This document shows, piece after piece, positions 46,683 to 60,129 of a stretch of 64,000 bases of DNA. The first letter of the stretch is position 1, and every line of letters starts with the position of its first letter. The DNA lies in NCBI RefSeq assembly GCF_003018255.1, contig NZ_CP027440.1, one strand, 5' to 3'. Source of the stretch: Escherichia coli (GTDB lineage: Bacteria > Pseudomonadota > Gammaproteobacteria > Enterobacterales > Enterobacteriaceae). Position numbers and translations under genes: made by a program. Below the pieces are notes generated by a model, which ran no database searches, was not told the origin of the DNA, and saw nothing but the letters and a program-made list of their open reading frames with translations.

Positions 46683-48943
46683 ATGATCAAGTTATCTGAA
46701 AAAGGCGTGTTTCTCGCCAGCAATAACGAAATAATTGCCGAAGAACATTTCACCGGCGAAATAAAAAAAGAAGAAGCAAAAAAAGGCACTATTGCCTGGT
46801 CTATTCTCTCTTCTCATAATACGTCCGGAAATATGGATAAACTTAAAATTAAGTTTGATTCATTAGCCTCTCACGATATTACCTTTGTTGGTATTGTACA
46901 GACCGCTAAAGCGTCCAGTATGGAACGTTTCCCGCTGCCGTATGTGCTGACCAACTGCCATAACTCACTCTGTGCTGTGGGCGGCACCATTAACGGTGAT
47001 GACCATGTTTTTGGTTTATCGGCGGCCCAGCGTTATGGCGGTATTTTTGTGCCACCGCATATTGCGGTCATCCATCAATATATGCGTGAAATGATGGCGG
47101 CGGCGGCAAAATGATCCTCGGGTCAGACAGCCATACCCGTTACGGTGCGTTAGGGACAATGGCGGTTGGCGAGGGCGGCGGCGAGTTGGTAAAACAGCTG
47201 CTTAATGACACCTGGGATATCGACTATCCGGGCGTGGTTGCGGTGCATCTGACCGGAAAACCTGCGCCGTATGTGGGGCCGCAGGATGTGGCGCTGGCTA
47301 TCATCGGTGCCGTGTTCAAAAACGGTTACGTCAAAAACAAAGTGATGGAGTTCGTAGGTCCCGGTGTTGCAGCGCTCTCTACCGATTTCCGTAACAGCGT
47401 TGACGTGATGACCACTGAAACGACCTGTTTAAGTTCTGTCTGGCAAACCGATGAAGAAGTCCATAACTGGCTGGCGCTGCACGGTCGCGGCCAGGATTAC
47501 TGCCAACTTAACCCTCAACCAATGGCGTACTACGATGGCTGCATCAGCGTTGATTTAAGCGCCATCAAACCAATGATTGCGCTGCCATTCCACCCGAGCA
47601 ACGTGTATGAAATCGACACGCTGAACCAGAACCTGACCGACATTCTGCGTGAGATTGAAATTGAGTCCGAACGCGTGGCGCACGGTAAAGCCAAACTCTC
47701 GCTGCTGGATAAAGTGGAAAATGGTCGCCTGAAAGTGCAGCAGGGGATTATCGCGGGCTGTTCTGGCGGTAACTACGAAAACGTCATCGCGGCGGCGAAT
47801 GCGCTGCGCGGTCAATCCTGCGGCAACGATACCTTCTCATTGGCGGTTTACCCGTCATCACAGCCGGTGTTTATGGATCTCGCCAAAAAAGGTGTGGTAG
47901 CAGATTTGATTGGCGCAGGCGCAATCATCAGAACCGCGTTCTGCGGCCCATGCTTTGGTGCGGGCGATACGCCAATCAACAACGGTTTGAGTATTCGCCA
48001 CACCACGCGTAACTTCCCGAACCGCGAAGGCTCTAAGCCAGCTAATGGGCAGATGTCAGCGGTGGCGTTGATGGACGCTCGTTCTATCGCTGCAACTGCG
48101 GCAAACGGTGGCTATTTAACCTCTGCCAGCGAACTCGATTGCTGGGACAACGTGCCGGAGTACGCCTTCGATGTAACGCCGTATAAAAATCGCGTCTATC
48201 AAGGCTTTGTGAAAGGGGCGACCCAGCAACCGCTGATCTACGGACCGAACATCAAAGACTGGCCGGAATTGGGCGCGCTGACTGACAATATCGTCCTCAA
48301 AGTGTGCTCGAAGATCCTCGACGAAGTCACCACCACCGACGAACTGATTCCTTCCGGTGAAACCTCTTCTTATCGTTCAAATCCGATTGGTCTGGCGGAG
48401 TTTACCCTGTCACGCCGCGATCCCGGTTATGTTGGCAGAAGTAAAGCGACTGCTGAGCTGGAAAATCAGCGTCTGGCGGGGAATGTCAGCGAGCTGACAG
48501 AGGTGTTTGCGCGCATTAAGCAGATTGCTGGTCAGGAGCATATTGATCCGCTGCAAACTGAAATTGGCAGCATGGTCTATGCGGTGAAACCAGGCGATGG
48601 TTCTGCGCGTGAGCAGGCGGCGAGCTGCCAGCGTGTGATTGGCGGTCTGGCGAATATTGCCGAGGAATACGCGACTAAACGCTACCGTTCTAACGTCATC
48701 AACTGGGGGATGTTACCGCTGCAAATGGCGGAAGCACCAACGTTTGAAGTGGGGGATTACATTTACATCCCTGGCATTAAAGCGGCGCTGGATAATCCTG
48801 GAACGACGTTTAAAGGTTATGTGATCCATGAAGATGCACCGGTAACGGAGATTACGCTCTATATGGAAAGTCTGACTGCTGAAGAGCGCGAGATTATCAA
48901 GGCGGGTAGTTTGATTAACTTCAATAAAAACCGTCAGATGTAA
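46683..48943 (+). pseudogene. ybhJ: aconitase-family hydratase YbhJ, interrupted by a frameshift near 47090-47114
   Basis: Two overlapping ORFs in different frames (46683-47114 and 47090/47111-48943); second begins at the aconitase-type motif GSDSHT; span is 2261 bp, not a multiple of 3; shift lies in the atgatggcggcggcggcaaaatg tract. Confidence 0.7.
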
Positions 48944-48957
48944 AAAGCGCCATGTGA

Positions 48958-49078
<121 letters not shown>

Positions 49079-49083
49079 AGCTC

Positions 49084-50367
49084 CTACTTCTTCGCCTCTG
49101 CAACCACTTTGCTACCCACGCCGCGGTTATTGTATTCCCACATGCGGTTGTAGTTAGTGTCATTCAGATTGCGCTGTACTTCGTCGTTATCATCAACGCT
49201 GCCGGTGTTACCCGCGAATGGACGATTGGAAATCACCGCATCAGCCCACGGTTTGGCTGTGTTAAAACCTTCGTTGATGGCGCTATCACGGATCACCACC
49301 TGACCGTTGGTATTGGCATCAACATCCAGCGAGCGGCCCAGTTGCGCCACGCCATCACCGGAAGCATTGAAACGACTGTTTACGGCGAGGAAACCGTAGT
49401 AAATGTTGGACAGCGTAGCCGGTGCAAACACATACGCTTCTTGCTGAGTACGTGAGTTCACCACGCGGAATTCGGTATTATCGAACACCACTGCGCCGCG
49501 ACCAGAAACGATATCCACATCCCCTTCAATGTAGCTGTTGGTCACCAGCGTACGCGGCTGACGATTCGTTTCCAGACGGTTCTGCACACCGCTGTTGGTG
49601 ACAAAGAAGGTGTTCTGACGACCGAGAATGTTAACGTTGTTAATCTGTACCTGGTCACCATCAGTACGCAGTGCCACCGCCGGATGGTTACCCGCATCTA
49701 CGCTATCGCCCAGCGTGTTTTCGATGGTCAGGTTTTGCAGTTGCAGTCCATTGTTTTGTGACCAGAAGACCGCAGAGCAGAGAACGCCGATACTGTCGCT
49801 GCGTTTGCTCTGGCAGCTATCGTACATATACCACGCTGGTTTACCTGGCATATATTTGCCGCGCGGGTTGACGTCGTGACGCCAGTCGGCGGGGCTCATG
49901 CCCCCATCAAGGGAAAGCCCAATCTTCACATCAATCGGTTTTTCACCTGTACCGTACAGAGTAATTCCACCCGGAGCGGCAGGGACATATACCGTTCCCT
50001 GATACTCACCAGGCATCACGGCAATATACTGGCGCTTGTTGGTACGCTTGATAATTGCCGCATCTACCGCCGCCTGAATCGTGGTATGCGTTACACCTTG
50101 AGTACCCGCCGGGCCGACAACAAAGTCAGGTTGTGCAGGCAGGGTAATCGGGGAAGGATTCCACGCTGCCGCACCTGGTGTCAGGGATGCAAAATAGTGT
50201 TGAGCATCGAAATTCTGCGCTTCTTTTGCCGACAGAATCGGGCGAGAAGAGGTACCAGGCGCGGTTTGATCAGAAGGACGTTGATCGGGCGGTGTTGAGC
50301 TACAGGCGGTCAGCGTCACGCCAAAAGCCAATGCCAGCGCCAGACGGGAAACTGAAAATGTGTTCAC
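49084..50367 (-). CDS. ybhC: outer-membrane lipoprotein, pectinesterase-like fold
   Basis: 427-aa ORF with lipoprotein signal MNTFSVSRLALALAFGVTLTACSS. Confidence 0.9.
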   Translation of the reverse strand: MNTFSVSRLALALAFGVTLTACSSTPPDQRPSDQTAPGTSSRPILSAKEAQNFDAQHYFASLTPGAAAWNPSPITLPAQPDFVVGPAGTQGVTHTTIQAAVDAAIIKRTNKRQYIAVMPGEYQGTVYVPAAPGGITLYGTGEKPIDVKIGLSLDGGMSPADWRHDVNPRGKYMPGKPAWYMYDSCQSKRSDSIGVLCSAVFWSQNNGLQLQNLTIENTLGDSVDAGNHPAVALRTDGDQVQINNVNILGRQNTFFVTNSGVQNRLETNRQPRTLVTNSYIEGDVDIVSGRGAVVFDNTEFRVVNSRTQQEAYVFAPATLSNIYYGFLAVNSRFNASGDGVAQLGRSLDVDANTNGQVVIRDSAINEGFNTAKPWADAVISNRPFAGNTGSVDDNDEVQRNLNDTNYNRMWEYNNRGVGSKVVAEAKK

Positions 50368-50518
50368 AGGTTGCTCCGGGCTATGAAATAGAAAAATGAA
50401 TCCGTTGAGGCCTGCTTTTTTATACTAACTTTAGCGAAACGGGAAGGTAAAAAGACAAAAAGTTGTTTTTAATACCTTTAAGTGATACCAGATGGCTTTG
50501 CGCCATCTGGCAGAGTAA

Positions 50519-50995
50519 TTAACTGAACATCGCGGTAATCGATGCGCTTGCCAGAGAGTGGAAATGGATGTTAAACCCGACCATCGCGCCGCTGGCACCT
50601 TCATCGACATCAATACGTTCTACATCCAGCGCATGAACGGTAAAAATGTAGCGATGGGTTTCGCCTTTCGGCGGCGCTGCACCATCGTACCCGGTTTTAC
50701 CAAAGTCGGTACGCGTCTGCAAAACGCCGTCTGGCATTGCTACCAGACCAGAGCCAAGCCCTTGCGGTAATACGCGGGTATCAGCGGGTAAGTTAACAAC
50801 TACCCAGTGCCACCAGCCGGAGCCGGTTGGCGCATCCGGGTCGTAGCAGGTGACAACAAAACTTTTCGTTCCCGCAGGAACATCATCCCACGCCAGATGC
50901 GGTGAAATATTATCGCCATCGTAACCCATGCCGTTAAAGACATGACGATGTGGCAACTTATCGCCATCGCGCAGATCATTACTGATGAGTTTCAT
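50519..50995 (-). CDS. ybhB: PEBP/RKIP-family protein
   Basis: 158-aa ORF MKLISNDLRDGDKLPHRHVFNGMGYDGDNISPHLAWDDVP. Confidence 0.9.
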   Translation of the reverse strand: MKLISNDLRDGDKLPHRHVFNGMGYDGDNISPHLAWDDVPAGTKSFVVTCYDPDAPTGSGWWHWVVVNLPADTRVLPQGLGSGLVAMPDGVLQTRTDFGKTGYDGAAPPKGETHRYIFTVHALDVERIDVDEGASGAMVGFNIHFHSLASASITAMFS

Positions 50996-51053
50996 GAACC
51001 CTCCTTTCTAGTTTGCAGAAAGTGTAGCCAGAACCCCTCACGCTGACTCCCGG

Positions 51054-52343
51054 TTATTGGCAAAAAAATGTTTCATCCTGCACCGCACGGTTAACCGCTA
51101 CGGTCAGACGCTGCAACTGTTGCGGGAGAATAATATAGGGCGGCATCAGGTAAATCAGTTTGCCAAAAGGCCGGATCCAGACACCCTGTTCGACAAAGAA
51201 TTTTTGCAGCGCTGCCATATTCACCGGACGAGTGGTTTCGACCACGCCGATTGCCCCCAGTACGCGCACATCGGCAACCATTTCGGCGTCACAGGCGGGG
51301 GCAAGTTGCTCGCGTAGCTGCCCTTCAATAGCCGCCACCTGATGCTGCCAGTCGCCAGATTCGAGAATCGCCAGGCTGGCGTTTGCTGCTGCGCAGGCCA
51401 GCGGATTGCCCATAAAAGTTGGCCCATGCATAAAGCAGCCGGCTTCGCCGTTACTGATGGTTTCCGCAACCTCGCGCGTGGTGAGCGTGGCGGAAAGGGT
51501 CATTGTGCCGCCGGTTAAGGCTTTACCGAGACACAAAATATCCGGCGCGATATCTGCATGTTCACAGGCAAACAGTTTGCCGGTACGACCAAATCCGGTG
51601 GCGATCTCGTCAGCAATCAGCAAGATACCTTCGCGATCGCACATTTTGCGGATTCGTTTTAACCATTCCGGATGGTAGATGCGCATCCCGCCTGCGCCCT
51701 GGACAATCGGTTCAATGATCACGGCGGCGATTTCATGACGATGTGCCGCCATCAGGCGGGCAAAGCCCACCATATCGCGTTCATCCCATTCACCATCCAT
51801 GCGGCTTTGCGGGGCGGGAGCAAACAAGTTTTCTGGCAGATAGCCTTTCCACAGGCTGTGCATTGAGTTGTCCGGATCGCACACAGACATCGCGCCAAAG
51901 GTATCGCCATGATAACCATTGCGGAAGGTCAGAAAACGCTGGCGCGCTTCGCCTTTGGCCTGCCAGTACTGCAACGCCATTTTCATCGCCACTTCCACCG
52001 CTACGGAACCGGAGTCCGCGAGAAAAACGCATTCCAGCGGTTGCGGCGTCATCGCCACCAGTTTGCGGCACAGCTCAATGGCTGGCGCATGAGTGATACC
52101 ACCAAACATCACATGCGACATGGCATCAATTTGCGTCTTCATCGCCGCATTAAGCTGCGGGTGATTGTAGCCGTGGATCGCCGCCCACCAGGACGACATA
52201 CCGTCAACCAGGCGTCTGCCGTCAGACAAAATTAGCTCGCAACCTTCGGCGCTCGCCACCGGATAAACCGGTAGCGGGGAGGTCATGGATGTGTATGGGT
52301 GCCAGATATGGCGTTGGTCAAAGGCAAGATCGTCCGTTGTCAT
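51054..52343 (-). CDS. bioA: adenosylmethionine-8-amino-7-oxononanoate aminotransferase
   Basis: [20 protein letters not shown]..., 429 aa; track ORF trimmed of 37 upstream codons that run through the bio operator. Confidence 0.95.
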   Translation of the reverse strand: MTTDDLAFDQRHIWHPYTSMTSPLPVYPVASAEGCELILSDGRRLVDGMSSWWAAIHGYNHPQLNAAMKTQIDAMSHVMFGGITHAPAIELCRKLVAMTPQPLECVFLADSGSVAVEVAMKMALQYWQAKGEARQRFLTFRNGYHGDTFGAMSVCDPDNSMHSLWKGYLPENLFAPAPQSRMDGEWDERDMVGFARLMAAHRHEIAAVIIEPIVQGAGGMRIYHPEWLKRIRKMCDREGILLIADEIATGFGRTGKLFACEHADIAPDILCLGKALTGGTMTLSATLTTREVAETISNGEAGCFMHGPTFMGNPLACAAANASLAILESGDWQHQVAAIEGQLREQLAPACDAEMVADVRVLGAIGVVETTRPVNMAALQKFFVEQGVWIRPFGKLIYLMPPYIILPQQLQRLTVAVNRAVQDETFFCQ

Positions 52344-52350
52344 AATCGAC

Positions 52351-52385
52351 TTGTAAACCAAATTGAAAAGATTTAGGTTTACGAG
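52351..52385. promoter_or_regulatory. bio operator (BirA binding site) with divergent bioA/bioBFCD promoters
   Basis: ttgtaaaccaaattgaaaagatttaggtttacgag, an imperfect palindrome between bioA and bioB. Confidence 0.8.
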
Positions 52386-52429
52386 TCTACACCGAATTAA
52401 CAACAAAAAACACGTTTTGGAGAAGCCCC

Positions 52430-53470
52430 ATGGCTCACCGCCCACGCTGGACATTGTCGCAAGTCACAGAATTATTTGAAAAACCGTTGCTGGATCTGCT
52501 GTTTGAAGCGCAGCAGGTGCATCGTCAGCATTTCGATCCACGTCAGGTGCAGGTCAGCACTTTGCTGTCAATTAAGACCGGAGCTTGTCCGGAAGATTGC
52601 AAATACTGCCCGCAAAGCTCGCGCTACAAAACCGGGCTGGAAGCCGAGCGGTTGATGGAAGTTGAACAGGTGCTGGCGTCGGCGCGCAAAGCGAAAGCGG
52701 CAGGATCGACGCGCTTCTGCATGGGCGCGGCGTGGAAGAATCCCCACGAACGCGATATGCCCTACCTGGAACAAATGGTGCAGGGAGTAAAAGCGATGGG
52801 GCTGGAGGCGTGTATGACGCTGGGTACGTTGAGTGAATCTCAGGCGCAGCGCCTTGCGAATGCCGGGCTGGATTACTACAACCATAACCTCGACACCTCG
52901 CCGGAGTTTTACGGCAATATCATCACCACACGTACTTATCAGGAACGCCTTGATACGCTGGAAAAAGTGCGCGATGCCGGGATCAAAGTCTGCTCAGGTG
53001 GCATTGTGGGTTTAGGCGAAACGGTAAAAGATCGTGCCGGATTATTACTGCAACTGGCAAACCTGCCGACGCCGCCGGAAAGCGTGCCAATCAACATGCT
53101 CGTGAAGGTGAAAGGTACTCCACTGGCAGATAACGATGATGTCGATGCCTTTGATTTTATTCGCACCATTGCCGTAGCGCGGATCATGATGCCGACCTCA
53201 TACGTGCGCCTTTCTGCCGGACGCGAGCAGATGAATGAACAGACTCAGGCGATGTGCTTTATGGCCGGGGCTAACTCGATTTTCTACGGTTGCAAACTGC
53301 TAACCACGCCGAATCCGGAAGAAGATAAAGACCTGCAACTGTTCCGCAAACTGGGGCTAAATCCACAGCAAACTGCCGTGCTGGCAGGGGATAACGAACA
53401 ACAGCAGCGTCTGGAGCAGGCACTGATGACCCCGGACACTGACGAATATTACAACGCGGCAGCACTATGA
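52430..53470 (+). CDS. bioB: biotin synthase
   Basis: 346-aa radical-SAM ORF with CPEDCKYC cluster motif. Confidence 0.96.
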   Translation: MAHRPRWTLSQVTELFEKPLLDLLFEAQQVHRQHFDPRQVQVSTLLSIKTGACPEDCKYCPQSSRYKTGLEAERLMEVEQVLASARKAKAAGSTRFCMGAAWKNPHERDMPYLEQMVQGVKAMGLEACMTLGTLSESQAQRLANAGLDYYNHNLDTSPEFYGNIITTRTYQERLDTLEKVRDAGIKVCSGGIVGLGETVKDRAGLLLQLANLPTPPESVPINMLVKVKGTPLADNDDVDAFDFIRTIAVARIMMPTSYVRLSAGREQMNEQTQAMCFMAGANSIFYGCKLLTTPNPEEDKDLQLFRKLGLNPQQTAVLAGDNEQQQRLEQALMTPDTDEYYNAAAL

Positions 53471-54621
53471 GCTGGCAGGAGAAAATCAACGCGGCGCTCG
53501 ATGCGCGGCGTGCTGCCGATGCCCTGCGTCGCCGTTATCCGGTGGCGCAAGGGGCCGGACGCTGGCTGGTGGCGGACGATCGCCAGTATCTGAACTTTTC
53601 CAGTAACGATTATTTAGGTTTAAGCCATCATCCGCAAATTATCCGTGCCTGGAAGCAGAGTGCGGAGCAATTTGGCGTCGGTAGCGGCGGCTCCGGTCAC
53701 GTCAGCGGTTATAGCGTGGCACATCAGGCGCTGGAAGAAGAACTGGCCGAGTGGCTGGGCTATTCGCGGGCGCTGCTGTTTATCTCCGGTTTTGCGGCTA
53801 ATCAGGCAGTCATTGCCGCGATGATGGCGAAAGAGGACCGTATTGTTGCCGACCGGCTTAGCCATGCCTCATTGCTGGAGGCTGCAAGTTTAAGCCCGTC
53901 GCCGCTTCGCCGTTTTGCTCATAACGATGTCACTCATCTGGCGCGACTGCTTGCTTCCCCCTGTCCGGGGCAGCAACTGGTAGTGACAGAAGGTGTGTTC
54001 AGCATGGACGGCGATAGTGCGCCACTGGAGGAAATCCAGCAGGTAACGCAACAGCACGATGGCTGGTTGATGGTCGATGACGCCCACGGCACGGGCGTTA
54101 TCGGGGAGCAGGGGCGCGGCAGCTGCTGGCTGCAAAAGGTAAAACCAGAATTGCTGGTGGTGACTTTTGGCAAAGGATTTGGCGTCAGCGGGGCAGCGGT
54201 GCTTTGCTCCGATACGGTGGCGGATTATCTGGTGCAATTTGCCCGCCATCTTATTTACAGCACCAGTATGCCGCCCGCTCAGGCGCAGGCATTACGTGCA
54301 TCGCTGGCGGTCATTCGCAGTGATGAGGGTGATACACGGCGCGAAAAACTGGCGGCACTCATTACGCGTTTTCGTGCCGGAGTACAGGATTTGCCGTTTA
54401 CGCTTGCTGATTCATGCAGCGCCATCCAGCCATTGATTGTTGGTGATAACAGCCGTGCGTTACAACTGGCAGAAAAACTGCGCCAGCAAGGCTGCTGGGT
54501 CACGGCGATTCGCCCGCCAACCGTACCTGCTGGTACTGCGCGACTGCGCTTAACACTAACAGCCGCGCATGAAATGCAGGATATCGACCGTCTGCTGGAG
54601 GTGCTGCATGGCAACGGTTAA
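53467..54621 (+). CDS. bioF: 8-amino-7-oxononanoate synthase
   Basis: 384-aa PLP-dependent ORF overlapping the bioB stop. Confidence 0.96.
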   Translation: MSWQEKINAALDARRAADALRRRYPVAQGAGRWLVADDRQYLNFSSNDYLGLSHHPQIIRAWKQSAEQFGVGSGGSGHVSGYSVAHQALEEELAEWLGYSRALLFISGFAANQAVIAAMMAKEDRIVADRLSHASLLEAASLSPSPLRRFAHNDVTHLARLLASPCPGQQLVVTEGVFSMDGDSAPLEEIQQVTQQHDGWLMVDDAHGTGVIGEQGRGSCWLQKVKPELLVVTFGKGFGVSGAAVLCSDTVADYLVQFARHLIYSTSMPPAQAQALRASLAVIRSDEGDTRREKLAALITRFRAGVQDLPFTLADSCSAIQPLIVGDNSRALQLAEKLRQQGCWVTAIRPPTVPAGTARLRLTLTAAHEMQDIDRLLEVLHGNG

Positions 54622-55363
54622 TAAACAAGCCATTGCAGCGGCATTTGGACGGGCAGCCGCACACTATGAGCAACACGCCGATCTACAGCGCCAGAGTGCT
54701 GACGCCTTACTGGCAATGCTCCCACAGCGTAAATACACCCACGTACTGGATGCGGGTTGTGGACCAGGCTGGATGAGCCGCCGCTGGCGAGAGCGTCACG
54801 CGCAGGTGACTGCGTTAGATCTCTCTCCGCCAATGCTTGTTCAGGCACGCCAGAAGGATGCCGCAGACCATTATCTGGCGGGAGATATCGAATCCCTGCC
54901 GTTAGCGACTGCAACGTTCGATCTTGCATGGAGCAATCTCGCGGTGCAGTGGTGCGGTAATTTATCCATGGCACTCCGCGAGCTGTATCGGGTGGTGCGC
55001 CCCGGAGGCGTGGTCGCGTTTACCACGCTGGTGCAGGGATCGTTACCCGAACTGCATCAGGCGTGGCAGGCGGTGGACGAGCGCCCGCATGCTAATCGCT
55101 TTTTACCGCCAGATAAAATCGAACAGTCGCTAAACGCCGTGCATTATCAACATTATATTCAGCCCATTACGCTGTGGTTTGATGATGCGCTCAGTGCCAT
55201 GCGTTCGCTGAAAGGCATCGGTGCCACGCATCTTCATGAAGGGCGCGACCCGCGAATATTAACGCGTTCGCAGTTGCAGCGATTGCAACTAGCCTGGCCG
55301 CAACAACAGGGGCGATATCCTCTGACGTATCATCTTTTTTTGGGAGTGATTGCTCGTGAGTAA
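54608..55363 (+). CDS. bioC: malonyl-ACP O-methyltransferase
   Basis: [27 protein letters not shown]..., 251 aa; track ORF trimmed of 13 codons. Confidence 0.94.
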   Translation: MATVNKQAIAAAFGRAAAHYEQHADLQRQSADALLAMLPQRKYTHVLDAGCGPGWMSRRWRERHAQVTALDLSPPMLVQARQKDAADHYLAGDIESLPLATATFDLAWSNLAVQWCGNLSMALRELYRVVRPGGVVAFTTLVQGSLPELHQAWQAVDERPHANRFLPPDKIEQSLNAVHYQHYIQPITLWFDDALSAMRSLKGIGATHLHEGRDPRILTRSQLQRLQLAWPQQQGRYPLTYHLFLGVIARE

Positions 55364-56033
55364 ATGTTATTTTGTCACCGGAACGGATACCGAAGTGGGG
55401 AAAACTGTCGCCAGCTGCGCGCTTTTACAAGCCGCAAAGGCAGCAGGCTACCGGACGGCAGGTTATAAACCGGTGGCCTCTGGCAGCGAAAAGACCCCGA
55501 AAGGCTTACGTAATAGTGACGCGCTGGCGTTACAGCGCAACAGTAGCCTGCAGCTGGATTACGCAACGGTAAATCCTTACACCTTCGCAGAACCCACCTC
55601 GCCGCATATCATCAGCGCGCAAGAGGGCAGGCCGATAGAATCATTGGTAATGAGCGCCGGATTACGCGCGCTTGAACAACAGGCTGACTGGGTGTTAGTG
55701 GAAGGTGCTGGCGGCTGGTTTACGCCGCTTTCTGACACTTTCACTTTTGCGGATTGGGTAACACAGGAACAACTGCCGGTGATACTGGTAGTTGGTGTGA
55801 AACTCGGCTGTATTAATCACGCGATGTTGACTGCGCAGGCAATACTACACGCCGGACTGACTCTGGCGGGGTGGGTGGCGAACGATGTCACGCCTCCGGG
55901 AAAACGTCACGCTGAATATATGACCACGCTCACCCGCATGATTCCCGCGCCGCTGCTGGGCGAAATTCCCTGGCTTGCAGAAAATCCAGAAAATGCGGCA
56001 ACCGGAAAGTACATCAATCTTGCCTTAATGTAG
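55356..56033 (+). CDS. bioD: dethiobiotin synthetase
   Basis: GTG start, [17 protein letters not shown]-loop, 225 aa. Confidence 0.93.
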   Translation: MSKCYFVTGTDTEVGKTVASCALLQAAKAAGYRTAGYKPVASGSEKTPKGLRNSDALALQRNSSLQLDYATVNPYTFAEPTSPHIISAQEGRPIESLVMSAGLRALEQQADWVLVEGAGGWFTPLSDTFTFADWVTQEQLPVILVVGVKLGCINHAMLTAQAILHAGLTLAGWVANDVTPPGKRHAEYMTTLTRMIPAPLLGEIPWLAENPENAATGKYINLALM

Positions 56034-56519
56034 TCATCCTGTAATTGGTTAAATTGCGAGCGAGATCGTGTCTCCGATTGACTGCAATTTAACCAATTAA
56101 ATTCTAAAAAAATCACGAAAAAAATTTTACCTCCGCATCATGCGGTGAATGTGGGAATTGCCCAGGCGGCGGGGGATAGGGGCTGCAGACAGTTATCCAC
56201 TATTCCTGTGGATAACCATGTGTATTAGAGTTAGAAAACACGAGGCAAGCGAGAGAATACGCGGCTTGCACGCGAATTGGCGTTAAAGACGGCTCAAAGA
56301 AATATCTTTTATTTTTTAACAGGTTAGATAATTGCAATGGCAGTCACTGAACAGGCATCTCTTGCCATAAAACTGTCATCAATCATCTTGACAAATGTTA
56401 AAAAAGCCGTTGCTTTGGGGATAACCCGGTAAGGCCGGAGTTTTATCTCGCCGCAGAGTAAATTTTGCTCATGATTGACAGCGGAGTTTACGCTGTAACA
56501 GAAATATTATGGTGATGAA

Positions 56520-56535
56520 CTGTTTTTTTATCCAG
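56520..56535 (+). promoter_or_regulatory. LexA (SOS) box of the uvrB promoter
   Basis: CTGTTTTTTTATCCAG matches CTGT-N8-ACAG, about 80 bp upstream of uvrB; DnaA-box-like ttatccaca motifs lie further upstream near 56200. Confidence 0.8.
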
Positions 56536-56611
56536 TATAATTTGTTGGCATAATTAAGTACGACGAGTAAAATTACATACCTGCCCGCCCAACTCCTTCA
56601 GGTAGCGACTC

Positions 56612-58633
56612 ATGAGTAAACCGTTCAAACTGAATTCCGCTTTTAAACCTTCTGGCGATCAGCCGGAGGCGATTCGACGTCTCGAAGAGGGGCTGGAAGA
56701 TGGCCTGGCGCACCAGACGTTACTTGGCGTGACTGGCTCCGGGAAAACCTTCACCATTGCCAATGTCATTGCTGACCTTCAGCGCCCAACCATGGTACTT
56801 GCGCCCAACAAAACGCTGGCGGCCCAGCTGTATGGCGAAATGAAAGAATTCTTCCCGGAAAACGCGGTGGAATATTTCGTCTCCTACTACGACTACTATC
56901 AGCCGGAGGCCTATGTACCGAGTTCCGACACCTTCATTGAGAAAGATGCCTCGGTAAACGAACATATCGAACAGATGCGTTTGTCCGCCACCAAAGCGAT
57001 GCTGGAGCGGCGTGATGTGGTTGTGGTGGCGTCTGTTTCCGCGATTTATGGTCTGGGCGATCCTGATTTATATCTCAAGATGATGCTCCATCTCACGGTC
57101 GGTATGATTATCGATCAGCGCGCGATCCTGCGCCGACTGGCGGAGCTGCAATATGCTCGTAATGATCAAGCCTTCCAGCGTGGTACTTTCCGTGTTCGTG
57201 GCGAGGTGATTGATATCTTCCCGGCAGAATCGGATGACATTGCACTTCGCGTGGAGCTGTTTGACGAGGAAGTGGAACGATTGTCGTTATTTGACCCGCT
57301 GACCGGGCAGATTGTTTCCACTATTCCACGTTTTACCATCTACCCGAAAACGCACTACGTCACGCCACGCGAGCGCATCGTCCAGGCGATGGAGGAGATC
57401 AAAGAAGAGCTGGCCGCCAGACGTAAAGTGCTATTGGAAAACAACAAACTGCTGGAAGAGCAGCGGCTGACCCAGCGTACCCAGTTTGATCTGGAGATGA
57501 TGAACGAGCTAGGCTACTGTTCGGGGATTGAGAACTACTCGCGCTTCCTCTCCGGTCGTGGACCGGGTGAGCCACCGCCGACGCTGTTTGATTACCTGCC
57601 TGCTGATGGGCTGCTGGTGGTCGATGAATCTCACGTCACCATTCCACAAATTGGCGGCATGTATCGCGGTGACCGGGCGCGTAAAGAGACACTGGTGGAG
57701 TACGGCTTCCGCCTGCCATCAGCGCTGGATAACCGTCCGCTGAAATTTGAAGAGTTCGAAGCATTAGCGCCGCAAACCATCTATGTTTCGGCGACGCCGG
57801 GTAATTACGAGCTGGAAAAATCCGGTGGCGATGTGGTGGATCAGGTGGTGCGTCCAACAGGCTTACTCGACCCGATTATCGAAGTGCGGCCAGTGGCAAC
57901 ACAGGTGGATGATCTTCTTTCGGAGATTCGTCAGCGAGCGGCAATTAACGAACGCGTACTGGTTACAACTCTGACCAAGCGGATGGCGGAAGATCTCACT
58001 GAATATCTCGAAGAACACGGTGAGCGCGTGCGTTATCTTCACTCAGATATCGACACCGTCGAACGTATGGAGATTATCCGCGACTTGCGTCTGGGTGAGT
58101 TCGACGTATTGGTAGGGATCAACTTACTGCGCGAAGGTCTGGATATGCCGGAAGTTTCGCTGGTGGCGATCCTCGACGCTGACAAAGAAGGCTTCCTGCG
58201 TTCCGAACGTTCGTTGATCCAGACCATTGGTCGTGCGGCACGTAACGTTAACGGTAAAGCGATTCTCTACGGCGATAAGATCACCCCATCAATGGCGAAA
58301 GCGATTGGCGAAACCGAACGTCGCCGCGAGAAACAGCAGAAGTACAACGAGGAACACGGCATTACGCCGCAAGGCTTGAACAAGAAAGTGGTCGATATCC
58401 TGGCGCTGGGGCAGAACATTGCCAAAACCAAAGCGAAGGGCAGAGGAAAATCGCGACCGATTGTTGAGCCGGATAATGTGCCGATGGATATGTCGCCTAA
58501 AGCGTTGCAGCAGAAAATCCATGAACTGGAAGGGTTGATGATGCAACACGCGCAGAATCTGGAGTTCGAAGAAGCGGCACAAATTCGTGACCAGTTGCAT
58601 CAGCTGCGTGAGTTGTTCATTGCGGCTTCGTGA
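56612..58633 (+). CDS. uvrB: excinuclease ABC subunit B
   Basis: 673-aa ORF with Walker A GVTGSGKT and helicase motifs. Confidence 0.97.
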
Positions 58634-58671
58634 CAGGATAACGAAGAAGACAGATGACAAAAGCAAAATTG

Positions 58672-58785
58672 CCTGATGTGCTACGCTTATCAGGCCTACA
58701 TGATCTCTGCAATACATTGAATTAGCGCGGTTTGTAGGCCGGATAAGGCTTTCACGCCGCATCCGGCATAAACAACGCGCACTTT
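58672..58785. repeat. REP/BIME palindromic elements
   Basis: gcctgatgtgctacgcttatcaggcctac and gtaggccggataaggctttcacgccgcatccggca units after uvrB. Confidence 0.8.
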
Positions 58786-58824
58786 GTCTTCAATAGGAAG
58801 CCGGAATTTTCCTTCGGCTTTCCG

Positions 58825-59793
<969 letters not shown>

Positions 59794-59930
59794 TTAACCT
59801 GCCAATATTGAGGATACAAACTATTTTCTTCTACCTCTAAAGGACGATGTACGCTATGCCTTCCTGATGATGTATATCAAAGTAAAACCGCCATTTTCCC
59901 TTATTCTGTAGCGAAATAGCACGATCATGA

Positions 59931-59954
59931 CGCTATATACATGATTACATAGCG
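59931..59954 (+). promoter_or_regulatory. ModE operator in the moaA promoter
   Basis: cgctatatacatgattacatagcg, same TATAT-N7-TACAT architecture as the modA operator. Confidence 0.6.
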
Positions 59955-59984
59955 AAAGTGTGGATGGTAAAAATCTCATTTACA

Positions 59985-60129
59985 CGCTAGTATCGGCTTA
60001 ACCACTAAACACTCTAGCCTCTGCACCTGGGTCAACTGATACGGTGCTTTGGCCGTGACAATGCTCGTAAAGATTGCCACCAGGGCGAAGGAAGAAATGA
60101 CTTCGCCTCCCGTATCTGGAAAGGTGTAC
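59985..60129 (+). ncRNA. moaA 5' leader, likely Moco riboswitch
   Basis: About 145-nt structured leader directly upstream of moaA; assigned from recollection of K-12, covariance-model check not done. Confidence 0.5.
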
